Assembly: GCF_017302975.1 (NCBI RefSeq)
Contig: NZ_JAFIMT010000003.1
Reading direction: 5' to 3' (one strand)
Source of the DNA: Corallococcus exiguus
Lineage (GTDB): Bacteria; Myxococcota; Myxococcia; Myxococcales; Myxococcaceae
Length of the DNA: 64,000 nucleotides
In this document: positions 8,804 through 18,282 of the stretch, one piece after another
Position numbering within the stretch: position 1 is the first letter of the stretch
Layout of the letters: every line of letters begins with the position of its first letter
The notes under the pieces: generated by a model
Told to the model about the DNA's origin: nothing
The model's database searches: none
What the model saw: only the letters and a program-made list of their open reading frames with translations
Program-made: the position numbers and the translations under genes

Positions 8804-10870
8804 CTACTCAGCGGCGTCCGCACCCGAGGGCGAGAACAGCCAGGGGTACGTCACGTTCACCACGCCGCCGCCCTTGGGCTCCGGGAACTTCCAGCGGCGG
8901 ATGCGGGAGATCATGCACTGCTCCGCGGGAGAGCTGCCCAGCGTGGACTCGGACACGCTGGCGTCCGCCACCGCGCCCGCCGGGTCGATGGTGAAGGCCA
9001 CCGCGACCTTGCCGGCCAGCGACGGGTTCTTGTTCAGCTCCGACTCGTAGCAGTACTTGATCTCGTTCTGGTGCCGCCGGATGACCTTGGCGATGACGTC
9101 CTTGTCCAGGCCGCCAATCACCGTCGTCTTGCCGGGAATGACCTTGGTGACGGACTTGCCACGGCCGCCCAGGTCGATGCCACCAGAGCCGCCCGTGCCC
9201 CGGCCGTTGCCCTGGGTGCCCAGGCCGCCGATGCCCAGCGCCGTACCGCCACCGCCGTTGCCCGTGCCACGCGAACCCAGGCCGCCCACGCCGTGCGCGT
9301 CACCCATGGCCGCGCCGCCCTTGAGGCCGCCCAGCGAGTTGTTGATGCCGGTGCCGATGCCGCCCGGACCGAACACGTCGGAAGCGCCACCCTTCATGCC
9401 CTTGAGCGCGCCGAGGAGGCCCACCTTGCCCACCACCTGGCGGTCCTTCTCCTTCTTGGACTTGTCCACCACCTGGGTGCCCGGCTTGGAGGGGGCGGCC
9501 TCCTCCTGCTTCGCCTCCTCCTTGCCGAACTTGCCCTCTTCGTCCTTGGCCTTGGCCCCCTCCTCCACACCGGAGAGCTGGAGCTTCTTCGCCTCCACCT
9601 TCTTCTCCGGGGTGATGAGGAACTTGGCCACGCGCTGCTGGGACTCGAAGACGTCGTCCGCGGACTTCGTCTCCGTGTGCGGCGTCAGCAGCATGGCGGT
9701 GACGAACGCCGCCGCCGCGAGGATGCAGATGGCGGCGATCTTGAAGAAGCCGAAGTCGCGGTCGGACAGCGACGTCGCCAGGATGGCCGGCGACGGCTTC
9801 ACGTAGCGCATCACGAACGCCACCGTGCCCAGCGACACTTCCGCACGGTCATGCAGGCCCAGCGTGAAGAGCTGCTCCTGCTCCGACGTGGCGTTGTTGA
9901 GCTGACCCGCGGCGCGCAGCGCGTCCTTCGTGCGGACGTCGCCGTTGTTGGTGACGAAGACGCCAGAGCCCGCCGGAGCGCGCAGCTCGACCTTGTCGCC
10001 CTTGCTCACCGCGAGCACGTGGCGCTTGCCCACCTGCGGAGAGAAGACGGTGAAGGTGTTCTTCGCGCCCTCGCCGATGGTGACCGGTGCGCCGTCCTTG
10101 AAGTGCTGGACCTCCAGCATCTGGTCGCCCCAGAGCATGGACACCTGGAGAACCTTCGCGTCGGGCGTGGGCTGCGCATCCCGGGGCAGAGGTTCCTGCA
10201 GGTGCGGCGGAGGCTGCGGCTTGCGGGCCGCGGCCACCTGGGGCGGCGTGGCCTTGCGCGCAGCCACCGGAGGCGGCGGAGGGCCGAACACCGGGGTGGA
10301 CGTCACGTTCTGGGACACCTGCGTGCCCAGCGCGCCGCCCGCCGGAGCGGAGCGCGGCGTGCTCACCGTACCCACCACGTTCGTGGGCGCCGCGTTCATC
10401 GTGGGCCGCGGAGGTGGAGCCTGCCGCATGTTGGGAGGCACCGGAGCCGCGTGTGCCGCCGGAGGCGCCACCGGAGCCGCCGGGGGCATCACCGGGCGCT
10501 GCTGGAACACGCCGGGCTGCGCCACCGCCGCCGCCGGAGCCACCGGCCGGGGCACCTCACCGAAGAGCACCTCCACCTGCGAAGTGCCCACCGTGAGCAC
10601 GTCCCCGGGCTTGAGCGCCGTGGGGATGATGAGCTTCTGCCCAGACACCTGGGTGCCGCCTTCACTGCCCAGGTCGATGGCCGTCACGGAGCCATCGTTG
10701 TCCACCTTCAGCATCACGTGGAGGTTGGACACGCGCGGATCTTGAATCTTCACCGCCGCCTGGGCGCCCGACCCCACGATGACACTCTCCGCCTCCGAAA
10801 CCGTCTCCTGGATGGAGCCGTCCGGGGTGGTGATCCGAAGCGTCAAACCGTTTTTTCTCGCCGCCGCCAT
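8804..10870 (-). CDS. GltG/NfsG (AgmX)-like inner-membrane protein: FHA domain, Pro-rich linker, one TM helix, Gly-rich region and a TonB-C-like C-terminal domain.
   Basis: The N-terminal FHA fold reads LTLRITTPDGS…VGSG…HVMLKVDNDGSVTAIDLGSEGGTQVSGQKL. The TM helix is FGFFKIAAICILAAAAFVTAML. The C-terminus (VAFTIDPAGAV…VVNVTYPWLF) resembles TonB-C. Architecture and gene position match M. xanthus AgmX/NfsG. Confidence 0.7.
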   Translation of the reverse strand: MAAARKNGLTLRITTPDGSIQETVSEAESVIVGSGAQAAVKIQDPRVSNLHVMLKVDNDGSVTAIDLGSEGGTQVSGQKLIIPTALKPGDVLTVGTSQVEVLFGEVPRPVAPAAAVAQPGVFQQRPVMPPAAPVAPPAAHAAPVPPNMRQAPPPRPTMNAAPTNVVGTVSTPRSAPAGGALGTQVSQNVTSTPVFGPPPPPVAARKATPPQVAAARKPQPPPHLQEPLPRDAQPTPDAKVLQVSMLWGDQMLEVQHFKDGAPVTIGEGAKNTFTVFSPQVGKRHVLAVSKGDKVELRAPAGSGVFVTNNGDVRTKDALRAAGQLNNATSEQEQLFTLGLHDRAEVSLGTVAFVMRYVKPSPAILATSLSDRDFGFFKIAAICILAAAAFVTAMLLTPHTETKSADDVFESQQRVAKFLITPEKKVEAKKLQLSGVEEGAKAKDEEGKFGKEEAKQEEAAPSKPGTQVVDKSKKEKDRQVVGKVGLLGALKGMKGGASDVFGPGGIGTGINNSLGGLKGGAAMGDAHGVGGLGSRGTGNGGGGTALGIGGLGTQGNGRGTGGSGGIDLGGRGKSVTKVIPGKTTVIGGLDKDVIAKVIRRHQNEIKYCYESELNKNPSLAGKVAVAFTIDPAGAVADASVSESTLGSSPAEQCMISRIRRWKFPEPKGGGVVNVTYPWLFSPSGADAAE

Positions 10871-10926
10871 GAAGTTCTTCCTTCTTCCCTTCCCGTCCCG
10901 AAAACGTTCAACGCCACCTGTGTCGT

Positions 10927-11211
10927 CTAGAGATTGTCCGCCGACTTCTGAAGCTCCGGGTCGAAGTTCTCCCGGACCTTGATGAGGCTTTGGAAATCCG
11001 TCTTCTTGCGGTTGAGGACGTAGGAGCCCTCCGGCTTGGTGAGCTCGCCCTCCACCGCCACATCCGTGAAATCAATCACCGTCTTCTTGCGGTACACGGT
11101 GCGATCCTCCTCCTGGATGATCTTCACCGAGTCCTTGCCGTCCTGAGCAAGGGCGGGAGCCGCCACCCCCAGCCCCCCCGCCATCACCATCGCTGCCAGC
11201 AGTCGTTTCAT
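10927..11211 (-). CDS. Small periplasmic protein with a signal peptide, GltF/NfsF-like.
   Basis: About 94 aa from the internal Met (MKRLLAAMVMAGGLGVAAPALAQ). It occupies the position between the E-like and G-like genes, as in the glt/nfs operons. Confidence 0.5.
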   Translation of the reverse strand: MKRLLAAMVMAGGLGVAAPALAQDGKDSVKIIQEEDRTVYRKKTVIDFTDVAVEGELTKPEGSYVLNRKKTDFQSLIKVRENFDPELQKSADNL

Positions 11212-11370
11212 GTGATGTCTCCGCCGAGGCCCGCTTCGCGAATTCCATTGCAGGGCTCGCACCAACTCCAAGTCCCTGGATTCTAAGGGAGCCGCCCGGT
11301 CGCTTGCACCTGGGCGGCTAAAGGCGGGAAGAAAGTTCTCATCCCTCCCGCCGGGACGACTGTTGTTTCT

Positions 11371-12831
11371 TCAGGGCGTCGGAGCAGGCGACGGAGCCGT
11401 CTGTCCATTGCCGGACGCATCGTCGGACGCGGGGGCAGCCGGCTCTTCCGCCGGAGCCGTCTCCGGAGCCGCCTCGGGCGCGCTGGTGTCCTGGGGCAGC
11501 TGGTTCATCACGGACGAGCCCGCGCCCCCGGTGGCGGCGGCGTCCTTCTTCTCCTCGCCCTCGGCCTCCGCGGTGGCGGCCGGCGCCGGCGGCGGGTTCT
11601 TGAGCATGTTCTGCAGGCCGTTCACCTTGGCGGTGATGAGCTGCTTGTCCTGATCCGTCGTGGACGACAGCTCCTTGCAGCGGTCCAGGAACGCGATGGC
11701 CTTCTCGAAGGCCCCTCGCTCGGTCGCGTACGCCCAGCCCGCGCCGCACACCGCCTCCGGCTTGTCCGCGGAGCGCGCGAGCACCTTCTCGAACGCCTCG
11801 CCCGCGGCCACGCCCTTCTTCGGATCCAGGCCCTTCTGCCCGTCCAGCGCGTACGCCAGGTACAGCTGGCCCTCCAGGCCGTCCGGCTCCAGGGACAGGG
11901 CCTTGGTGAAGGCCTTCTCCGCGCCCGCGTAGTCGCGGTAGCTCAGCGCCAGGGCGCCCAGGTTGAGGTGGCCGGGCGCGAAGTTGTCATCCAGCGACAC
12001 GGCCTTCTGGAACTGGGCCAGGGCACGCGGGCGGTCGTCCATCTTCAGGTAGATCATCCCCAGCGTGTTGGAGATGGCCGGGTCGTCCTGCGCCACCTTG
12101 CGCGCGTTGATGACCAGCAGCTCCGCCAGGCGGTACTGGCCGCGGTCGTACGCCACCAGCGCCAGCGTCTTGTACGCCTCCGGGTTGTCCTTGCTGCGCG
12201 CGAGCACGCGCCGGCCGGTGGCCTCCGCCTCGTCCAGCTTGCCCGCCAGCCGGTACGTCGCGGCCAGCGCGTTGAGCACGGGCTCGTCGTGTTCATGGCC
12301 CGGCGTCTGGAGCGCCTTCGTGTACAGCGACAGGGCCTCGTCCAGCTGGCCCGCGTGCCGGTGCATCAGCCCCAGGTTCATCACGGACGGCGTGTGCGCC
12401 GGGTCCAGGGCGAGCACCTGCTCGTACGCCACGCGGGCGTCCGCCGGGCGGCCCTGCTTCTCCGCGATGACGCCCAGGTTGAAGCGCGCGTTGAGCGCCT
12501 TGGGCTGCTGTGAGACGACGGACTCGAAGCCCTTGCGAGCGGCGTCCAGGTCCCCGGCCTCGTAGGCCTTCAGGGCCTGCGCGAACTGGCCGTCCGCGTC
12601 GCCCTTCTCCGCCGGAGCGGGAGGGGGCGCGGCGGCGGGGACCGTGACGGCGGGCTTCTCCACCGCGTTCATCGCGACGGGCGTGGGCCTGGGGCCCGTG
12701 GCGCAGGCCGTGGTGAAGGCGAAGGCGAAGGCCCCCGCCAGGAACATGCGCTTGGTGCGAAAGCCGTTCATCCCCGTCGTCCCCATCCCCTTCAACTGGC
12801 TGCTGATGTCGATGCTGTGGTTCGTCTTCAC
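11371..12831 (-). CDS. TPR-repeat protein, GltE/NfsE (AglT)-like, probably a lipoprotein.
   Basis: There are several 34-aa TPR units and an N-terminal hydrophobic stretch ending in …FTTAC. The start is ATGA-coupled to the stop of the upstream D-like gene. The true start could instead be an internal Met, up to 60 nt further downstream. Confidence 0.7.
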   Translation of the reverse strand: MKTNHSIDISSQLKGMGTTGMNGFRTKRMFLAGAFAFAFTTACATGPRPTPVAMNAVEKPAVTVPAAAPPPAPAEKGDADGQFAQALKAYEAGDLDAARKGFESVVSQQPKALNARFNLGVIAEKQGRPADARVAYEQVLALDPAHTPSVMNLGLMHRHAGQLDEALSLYTKALQTPGHEHDEPVLNALAATYRLAGKLDEAEATGRRVLARSKDNPEAYKTLALVAYDRGQYRLAELLVINARKVAQDDPAISNTLGMIYLKMDDRPRALAQFQKAVSLDDNFAPGHLNLGALALSYRDYAGAEKAFTKALSLEPDGLEGQLYLAYALDGQKGLDPKKGVAAGEAFEKVLARSADKPEAVCGAGWAYATERGAFEKAIAFLDRCKELSSTTDQDKQLITAKVNGLQNMLKNPPPAPAATAEAEGEEKKDAAATGGAGSSVMNQLPQDTSAPEAAPETAPAEEPAAPASDDASGNGQTAPSPAPTP

Positions 12832-15800
12832 GGCCGCACCCCCTCGAGCGACGCGGTGGGTTCAGGCTTCGCGGGCTCCGTGCCCTCCGGCGTGGCGGCG
12901 GGCTTCGCGCCCTCGGCGGGAGATGCTTCCGGAGCGGCGGGCTTCGGATCCACGGAGGCGCTGATGGGGCCGTTGAGGTCCTTCAGCACGCCCGAGGCGA
13001 TGCGCGAATCACTGCTGCCCCGGTACGTCACCGGCTTCACCTGGGCGTAGGCACCCGGGCGCAGGCGGTTGATCTGATCCTGCGCGGCCAGCGTCCACTC
13101 GCTGTAGATGCCCAGCTCGTAGGCCTTCTGGAGCCCCTTCTCCAGGGCCTCGCTGGACTTGTCCTCCAGCGGAAGCGCCAGGTTCTCCAGCTCGCCGCGG
13201 TACATGCTGAGCTGCTCGTCATCCAGACCGGAGGGGTCCGGCGAGTCCATGATGTTGCGAGCGAAGTCCGCGTACGCGAGGCCGATGCGGGTCAGCGCCG
13301 CGATGCCCCACTCGCCGGAGCCCGTGGCGAGCACCGCCGCGTACTCCTTCTCCACGCGCTGCATCTCCTTCTGCTTGTTCGTCAGGTCGCGGCGGATGGT
13401 GGAGACGCGCGTGAACTTGATGTCGGAGAAGCGCTTCCACGTGGGCTCCAGCGCCAGGAAGCGCGCGTGGCCGTACGCGTTGAGCACCGCGGTGTCCTTG
13501 CGCACGCCCTCCGCGAGCTTGTTCCAGCCGCGCACCAGCTCGTCCTGCGCCTTCTCCTGGCCGCGCACGTCCTTCATCTTCTGGTACGCGAGCAGCTCGT
13601 GGTACCGCGCCAGGTACGCCTGCCCCGCGGCGGTGCGCGAGTCGCGGCCGTAGTCCTCCACGAACCGGTTGAAGGCGCGGGCCGCGTCGCCCCACTTCTT
13701 CTCCTTCTCCCAGACAAGGCCAATGGAGAAGGCCACCTGAGGCACGTCCTTGCGGTCCTTGAAGCGCGCCAGGTAGTTGTTCCACGCGGTGACGGCCTTC
13801 TGGGACTCGCCCAGGCCGTCGTACCAGACGCCCGCGTTGAAGAGGGCGTCGGCCACCCACTCGCCCGCCGCGTCCACCTGAGCCTTGAGCTCGGCGGCCT
13901 TCTGCGCGCGCTTGGACTCTACGTCCTCCACGGCGCCCGGCGTGTCGTCCTTCTTCGCGACGGTGGTGGCCTTGGCCTTCTCCTTGCCCTTCTTCGACTG
14001 CGTCTCGCGGGCCTTGATGGCCGCGTCGTACTCGGCCACGAAGGACTCGGACATGGCCGCGGCCTTCTTGAACTCGGCGACCTTCTCGTAGAGGCCGGAC
14101 AGCGTGTAGCGCGTCTTCAGCTCGAAGCTGCTGTTCGGGTACTCCTTGAGGACTCGCTCGCCAGCGATGATGCCCTTGTCGACCTCACCCGCCTCCTGCG
14201 CGATGACCATCGCGTAGGTGAGCGCGCGGTCCGCGTTCTCCGACTTGGGGAACTCCGTCACGAAGGTGAGGAACTCCTCGGCGGCCTTCGCCGGGTTCTT
14301 CTCCTTCTTGTAGACGACCTCATCCACGTACTTGTACTGGCTGCCCTCCACCACGCGTGAGACGCGCAGGGCGAAGTCCGAACCGGGCTTGGACAGCTTC
14401 TTGTTGCCCAGGAACTTGCGCGAGAGCGTGTTGAGCTCCTGCCACTCCTCGCGGCTCTCCAGCACGTACATGGTCAGGTCCGCGGCGTCGCGCGAGCGGC
14501 GCTCCTCCGGGAACTTCTCGATGATCTCCCCGAAGCGGCGGGCCGCGTCCACGAAGTGCGCGCGGTCGTAGAGGATGACGGCGGCCTGGTAGCGCAGGTC
14601 GATCTCATCCTGGTTGCCCGGGTAGAGGTTGTTGTACGTGTCGCACGCGGCGACCAGCCGGTCCTCGAACTTGGTGAGCGACTGCTCGGCCTGCTCCTTG
14701 GCGTCGCGCTTCACCAGCTTCTGCTTGGCGACGTCGCCCTTGTCCTTCTTCTCGTCGACCTTCTGGCCGTCCTTCAGGTCGCTCTTGGAGAGCTGGCCGC
14801 GTTCAATCTTGACGAGCTTGTCGTACGCGAGCACCGCGTTGTACGAGGCGCTCTTGCGGTAGGCCTCGTTGGAGACCTCCTTCGCGGAGTCGCGGTCCGG
14901 AATCTTGAACGCCACCACGGCGTCGTACTCACCGGCGGCGGCCTCCCACTCCTCCAGGGCCCAGAGGATTTCCGCGTAGAAGAAGCGGATGTTGAAGGCG
15001 GAGTCCGCCACGAACTCCGGGTTGTCGCTGGAGGCGAACGCGTCCACGTACTGCTTGTAGATGTCGCGCGCGAGCCGGTAGGTCTCCACCTGGCGCGTCT
15101 TCTGCGCCTCCTGGTGGTACTCGGTGACCATCACGCGCATCGCCTCTTCGGTGACGCTGAAGGCATTGCGCAGCACGCCCGCGTTGCTGGCGTTGGCGGT
15201 CCACCACTCGCCACCGGGGCGGTAGAGGTCCACCATCCGCTTCATCTCCTTGCGGACCTGCTGGCGCTGGCGCAGGCCTTCGAACGCACGCACCACCGCC
15301 TGCTGGTACTCCGGCGCGTTCGCGCCCATGGGCGAATCGTCGATGAGCGTGCGGTACACCAGGATGGCGCTGTCGAAGTGGCCCGCGTCCACCAGGCCCG
15401 CGGCCGTCTTCGCGAGCAGCCGGCCCTGGCGCTTGGCCGGAGCCTTCTGCTTGAAGTAGGCGAGCGCCTCCTTCGGCTGATCCAACTGGACGTAGAAGAC
15501 GGTGAGGTCGTTGAGGGCCTCCGTGCGCAGGTCGCCCAGCTCCTCGCCGCGCTGGCTGGCGTAGTCCACCACCTCGTGGAGCTTCTTCAGGCCCGCGTCC
15601 AGGTCGCCCGCGTTGAAGTCACACCAGGACAGCTTGTAGGTGGCGTAGGCGTAGATCTTCGGAACGCCAGAGGCGCGCGCCTTCTCGTAGTTCTCCTTCG
15701 CGGGCGCGAGCTTGTTGTTCTCGAAGTAGTGGTTGCCCAGCTGGATGTACGCGTCCGGGACGAACTGCGACTTCGGGAAGTCGCGGATCAGCTCCTCGTA

Positions 15801-16481
15801 GCGCGCCACCGCGTCCGCGCGGCGGTTGAGATCATAGAGGTTGTAGCCCAGGGAGAAGAGGACCTCGTCGCGGGCCGGGTAGTCCGGGTACTCGCTGAGG
15901 ATGGCCTCGTAGATGCGCATCGTCTCCGCGCGGTAGCGCTCGGAGTCGCGGTGGTCCTGCTCCGGCGCGGTCGCCTTCTCACCGCGCGCCACGGCGGCGT
16001 CGTAGGCCTTCTCCGCCGTGAGGAACTTCTCCATCTCCAGCTGGTAGAGGTACTTGGACTTCTCCCAGTAGAGCTCCGACAGGCGGTACTGCATCTCCGC
16101 CTTCTGCGTGGAGGTCTCCTGCAGCTTGGGGATGAGGCGCTTGAAGCCTTCAATGGCCTCGTCGCGCTTCTTGTCCGCGAGCGCGTCCTTCTTGGAGTCC
16201 GCGATGCGCGGCATGTCCGCGAACTTGGCCGTGGCGGGCTTCACCCGCGCCGGGCCCTTGCGCATGTCCTGGGGCGCCACGCCGGGTGGCAGCTCCGCCT
16301 TCTTCGCCTCCTCCTTGTCCTTCTTGCTCGCGGCCTCGGCCTTCCTGGCCGCGCCCTTCGAAGAGGACTTCTTCGTCGCCACCTTCCGCGGCGGTGCCGT
16401 CTCCTCCGCCGCCTCCCCCACCCCACCAGCCGCGAGCGCGACGCCCACCGCCAGTGCACCGAACCGAAGAACCACCTTCAT
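12828..16481 (-). CDS. Giant TPR-repeat protein, GltD/NfsD (AgmU)-like, about 1217 aa.
   Basis: A signal peptide (MKVVLRFGALAVGVALAAGG) after a GGAG RBS is followed by a Lys/Ala-rich region and more than 20 TPR-like repeats. The C-terminus is Pro/Ala-rich. The size matches AgmU/NfsD (about 1218 aa). I chose the internal Met; the ORF-track start at 16628 adds a 49-aa non-signal leader. Confidence 0.75.
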   Translation of the reverse strand: MKVVLRFGALAVGVALAAGGVGEAAEETAPPRKVATKKSSSKGAARKAEAASKKDKEEAKKAELPPGVAPQDMRKGPARVKPATAKFADMPRIADSKKDALADKKRDEAIEGFKRLIPKLQETSTQKAEMQYRLSELYWEKSKYLYQLEMEKFLTAEKAYDAAVARGEKATAPEQDHRDSERYRAETMRIYEAILSEYPDYPARDEVLFSLGYNLYDLNRRADAVARYEELIRDFPKSQFVPDAYIQLGNHYFENNKLAPAKENYEKARASGVPKIYAYATYKLSWCDFNAGDLDAGLKKLHEVVDYASQRGEELGDLRTEALNDLTVFYVQLDQPKEALAYFKQKAPAKRQGRLLAKTAAGLVDAGHFDSAILVYRTLIDDSPMGANAPEYQQAVVRAFEGLRQRQQVRKEMKRMVDLYRPGGEWWTANASNAGVLRNAFSVTEEAMRVMVTEYHQEAQKTRQVETYRLARDIYKQYVDAFASSDNPEFVADSAFNIRFFYAEILWALEEWEAAAGEYDAVVAFKIPDRDSAKEVSNEAYRKSASYNAVLAYDKLVKIERGQLSKSDLKDGQKVDEKKDKGDVAKQKLVKRDAKEQAEQSLTKFEDRLVAACDTYNNLYPGNQDEIDLRYQAAVILYDRAHFVDAARRFGEIIEKFPEERRSRDAADLTMYVLESREEWQELNTLSRKFLGNKKLSKPGSDFALRVSRVVEGSQYKYVDEVVYKKEKNPAKAAEEFLTFVTEFPKSENADRALTYAMVIAQEAGEVDKGIIAGERVLKEYPNSSFELKTRYTLSGLYEKVAEFKKAAAMSESFVAEYDAAIKARETQSKKGKEKAKATTVAKKDDTPGAVEDVESKRAQKAAELKAQVDAAGEWVADALFNAGVWYDGLGESQKAVTAWNNYLARFKDRKDVPQVAFSIGLVWEKEKKWGDAARAFNRFVEDYGRDSRTAAGQAYLARYHELLAYQKMKDVRGQEKAQDELVRGWNKLAEGVRKDTAVLNAYGHARFLALEPTWKRFSDIKFTRVSTIRRDLTNKQKEMQRVEKEYAAVLATGSGEWGIAALTRIGLAYADFARNIMDSPDPSGLDDEQLSMYRGELENLALPLEDKSSEALEKGLQKAYELGIYSEWTLAAQDQINRLRPGAYAQVKPVTYRGSSDSRIASGVLKDLNGPISASVDPKPAAPEASPAEGAKPAATPEGTEPAKPEPTASLEGVRP

Positions 16482-16741
16482 GCGAGCTCCTGGAGAACCG
16501 CGCCTCGCCTGACTGGGAAAACTTCTGCCCAATTGGGAGGGACGACGGAAAGTAGACGCGGGTACCCAGATTGAGAAGTGGCCCGGAACGTGCCTTGTGC
16601 CCCGGCGTACGCGATCACGCCGAGCCACCTTCCAGGACTCAACATCACGCGAAGAGGCCCCGTCCCCCGTGACAAACGCACGGTGGCGGGGCCTCTTGGT
16701 TGCTTCTCCTGGCGCACCGGGTGCGCCCGGCTCCTACTTGC

Positions 16742-18280
16742 CTACTTCTCCTGGCGTGCGGGGCAGCCCCGCTTGAGCGTGTACTGATAGTAGCCGATCT
16801 CGTCGATCCAGAACTCGCCCTGGAAGCGCCAGTAGTTCCACGCCGCGCCGGGCATCTTCGGGCGGTAGAGCGTCTGGCGGGTGAGCAGCGCCTTCTGGTC
16901 CACGCCCTCGGAGAAGAGGTCCTTCTCATCCAGCGCCGTCTGCACGCGGATGATCTCCGCCTGGTCGGAGAAGGTGCGGAGGTTGTCCGCGGCCTCCTTG
17001 ATGCGGTTCTTCGCCAGCGTGCCACCCACCTGGAGCAGCGTGGTGCGGATGTCCTCGAGCGACGCCACCGTCTGCGCGGCGAACGGCGTCCCGCGCCACG
17101 GGCCTTCACTGATGGCGCGCTTCTCCTGGTCCACGCGCGACAGGGTCCGCATCACTTCACGGATGCGCTCGTTGTTGCGGATCCACAGGTAGACGGCGCG
17201 CGGCAGGCGGCGGTTCTCGGAGGCCACCAGGTTGAACGCCTGGATGGGCGCCACGTCCTCGCCGGTGAAGGGCTCCAGCTGCTTCGCCATGGGGCCGTAG
17301 CGCTCGTCGAACGCGGCGAGCGTCGTCTTCACCTCGTCGTAGAGGCACGAGTAGTAATAGACGGTGGCCTTGAGGATCCACGACTCGGGCTGGAAGGCGC
17401 CCTCGAACTGAGGCGCGTGCAGCGCCTGGAGGCTGCCCAGCGCACCGCCGAAGTCCTCGTTCTGGAAGCGGGCGAAGCCGTTCTCGAACAGGGCCTGGTC
17501 CCAGAAGCGCGCGTAGCGGGGCACGCCTTCGTACGCCTTCACCGCGTCCGCGTACTCACCGCGGCGGTAGTGCACGCGGCCCAGCGCCAGCAGCGCCAGC
17601 TCGCGCGTCTCCGGCAGCTCCACCTGCGGCTCCTTGGTGTGGAGCACGGCCTGGAACGCGGCGATGGCCTCCTTGTCCAGCGTCTCCCCTTCCCCGGGAC
17701 GCCCCGGGAAGCGCGGGTCGGCCAGCACGGTGCCCAACAGGTAGCGGGCCTTCGCGTAGACGCGGCTGTCCGCGGGCACGGCCTCCAGGAGCGAGCGGGA
17801 CTCCTCGAAGCGCATGCGACGCTGGCTGGCGGTGCCGACCAGGTAGTTGATGCGCGCGAGCACCTCCTTGGGCAGCGTGACCCAGCGGTCGCGCACCTCG
17901 TCGGTGTAGGCCTGGTTGAGGATGCTGGGGATGAGGTTCTGCTCATCCAGCCGCTGCTGCATGTCCACCAGCCCCTCGATGGCCTTGAGGTACGAGGGGT
18001 GCGTGGGGCCGGCGTTGACGATGGCCGCGTAGGAGATGAAGGCCGCGACGGGCAGGTCCTTCTTGGCGAAGGTCTGCGCCAGGTAGAACTCGGCCTTGCC
18101 CTTCAGGTCCGCGTCCTCCCCTTCCGCCAGCTGCGCGAAGAGGGGGCCGGCGGCGTCGAGCTTGCCTTCGTTGAAGGCGGAGAGCGCGCGGTTGTAGGTG
18201 CCCACGTCCTGCTGGGCGAGGGCCACCGGGGACACGGCGAGGGGCCCGAGGACGACGAGGAGTCGGAGCAGTCGGGACAT
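16742..18280 (-). CDS. Periplasmic TPR-like protein, GltC/NfsC-like.
   Basis: A signal peptide (MSRLLRLLVVLGPLAVSPVALAQ) precedes TPR-like helical repeats. The gene sits between the two OMP genes and the D-like gene. Confidence 0.65.
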   Translation of the reverse strand: MSRLLRLLVVLGPLAVSPVALAQQDVGTYNRALSAFNEGKLDAAGPLFAQLAEGEDADLKGKAEFYLAQTFAKKDLPVAAFISYAAIVNAGPTHPSYLKAIEGLVDMQQRLDEQNLIPSILNQAYTDEVRDRWVTLPKEVLARINYLVGTASQRRMRFEESRSLLEAVPADSRVYAKARYLLGTVLADPRFPGRPGEGETLDKEAIAAFQAVLHTKEPQVELPETRELALLALGRVHYRRGEYADAVKAYEGVPRYARFWDQALFENGFARFQNEDFGGALGSLQALHAPQFEGAFQPESWILKATVYYYSCLYDEVKTTLAAFDERYGPMAKQLEPFTGEDVAPIQAFNLVASENRRLPRAVYLWIRNNERIREVMRTLSRVDQEKRAISEGPWRGTPFAAQTVASLEDIRTTLLQVGGTLAKNRIKEAADNLRTFSDQAEIIRVQTALDEKDLFSEGVDQKALLTRQTLYRPKMPGAAWNYWRFQGEFWIDEIGYYQYTLKRGCPARQEK

Positions 18281-18282
18281 GG

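Noticed and set aside
8792-10930. A 712-aa plus-strand ORF (and others of 250-300 aa at 9057, 9930 and 8133).
   Set aside because: It is antisense to the GltG/NfsG-like gene, whose FHA and TonB-C motifs and codon bias identify the true coding strand.
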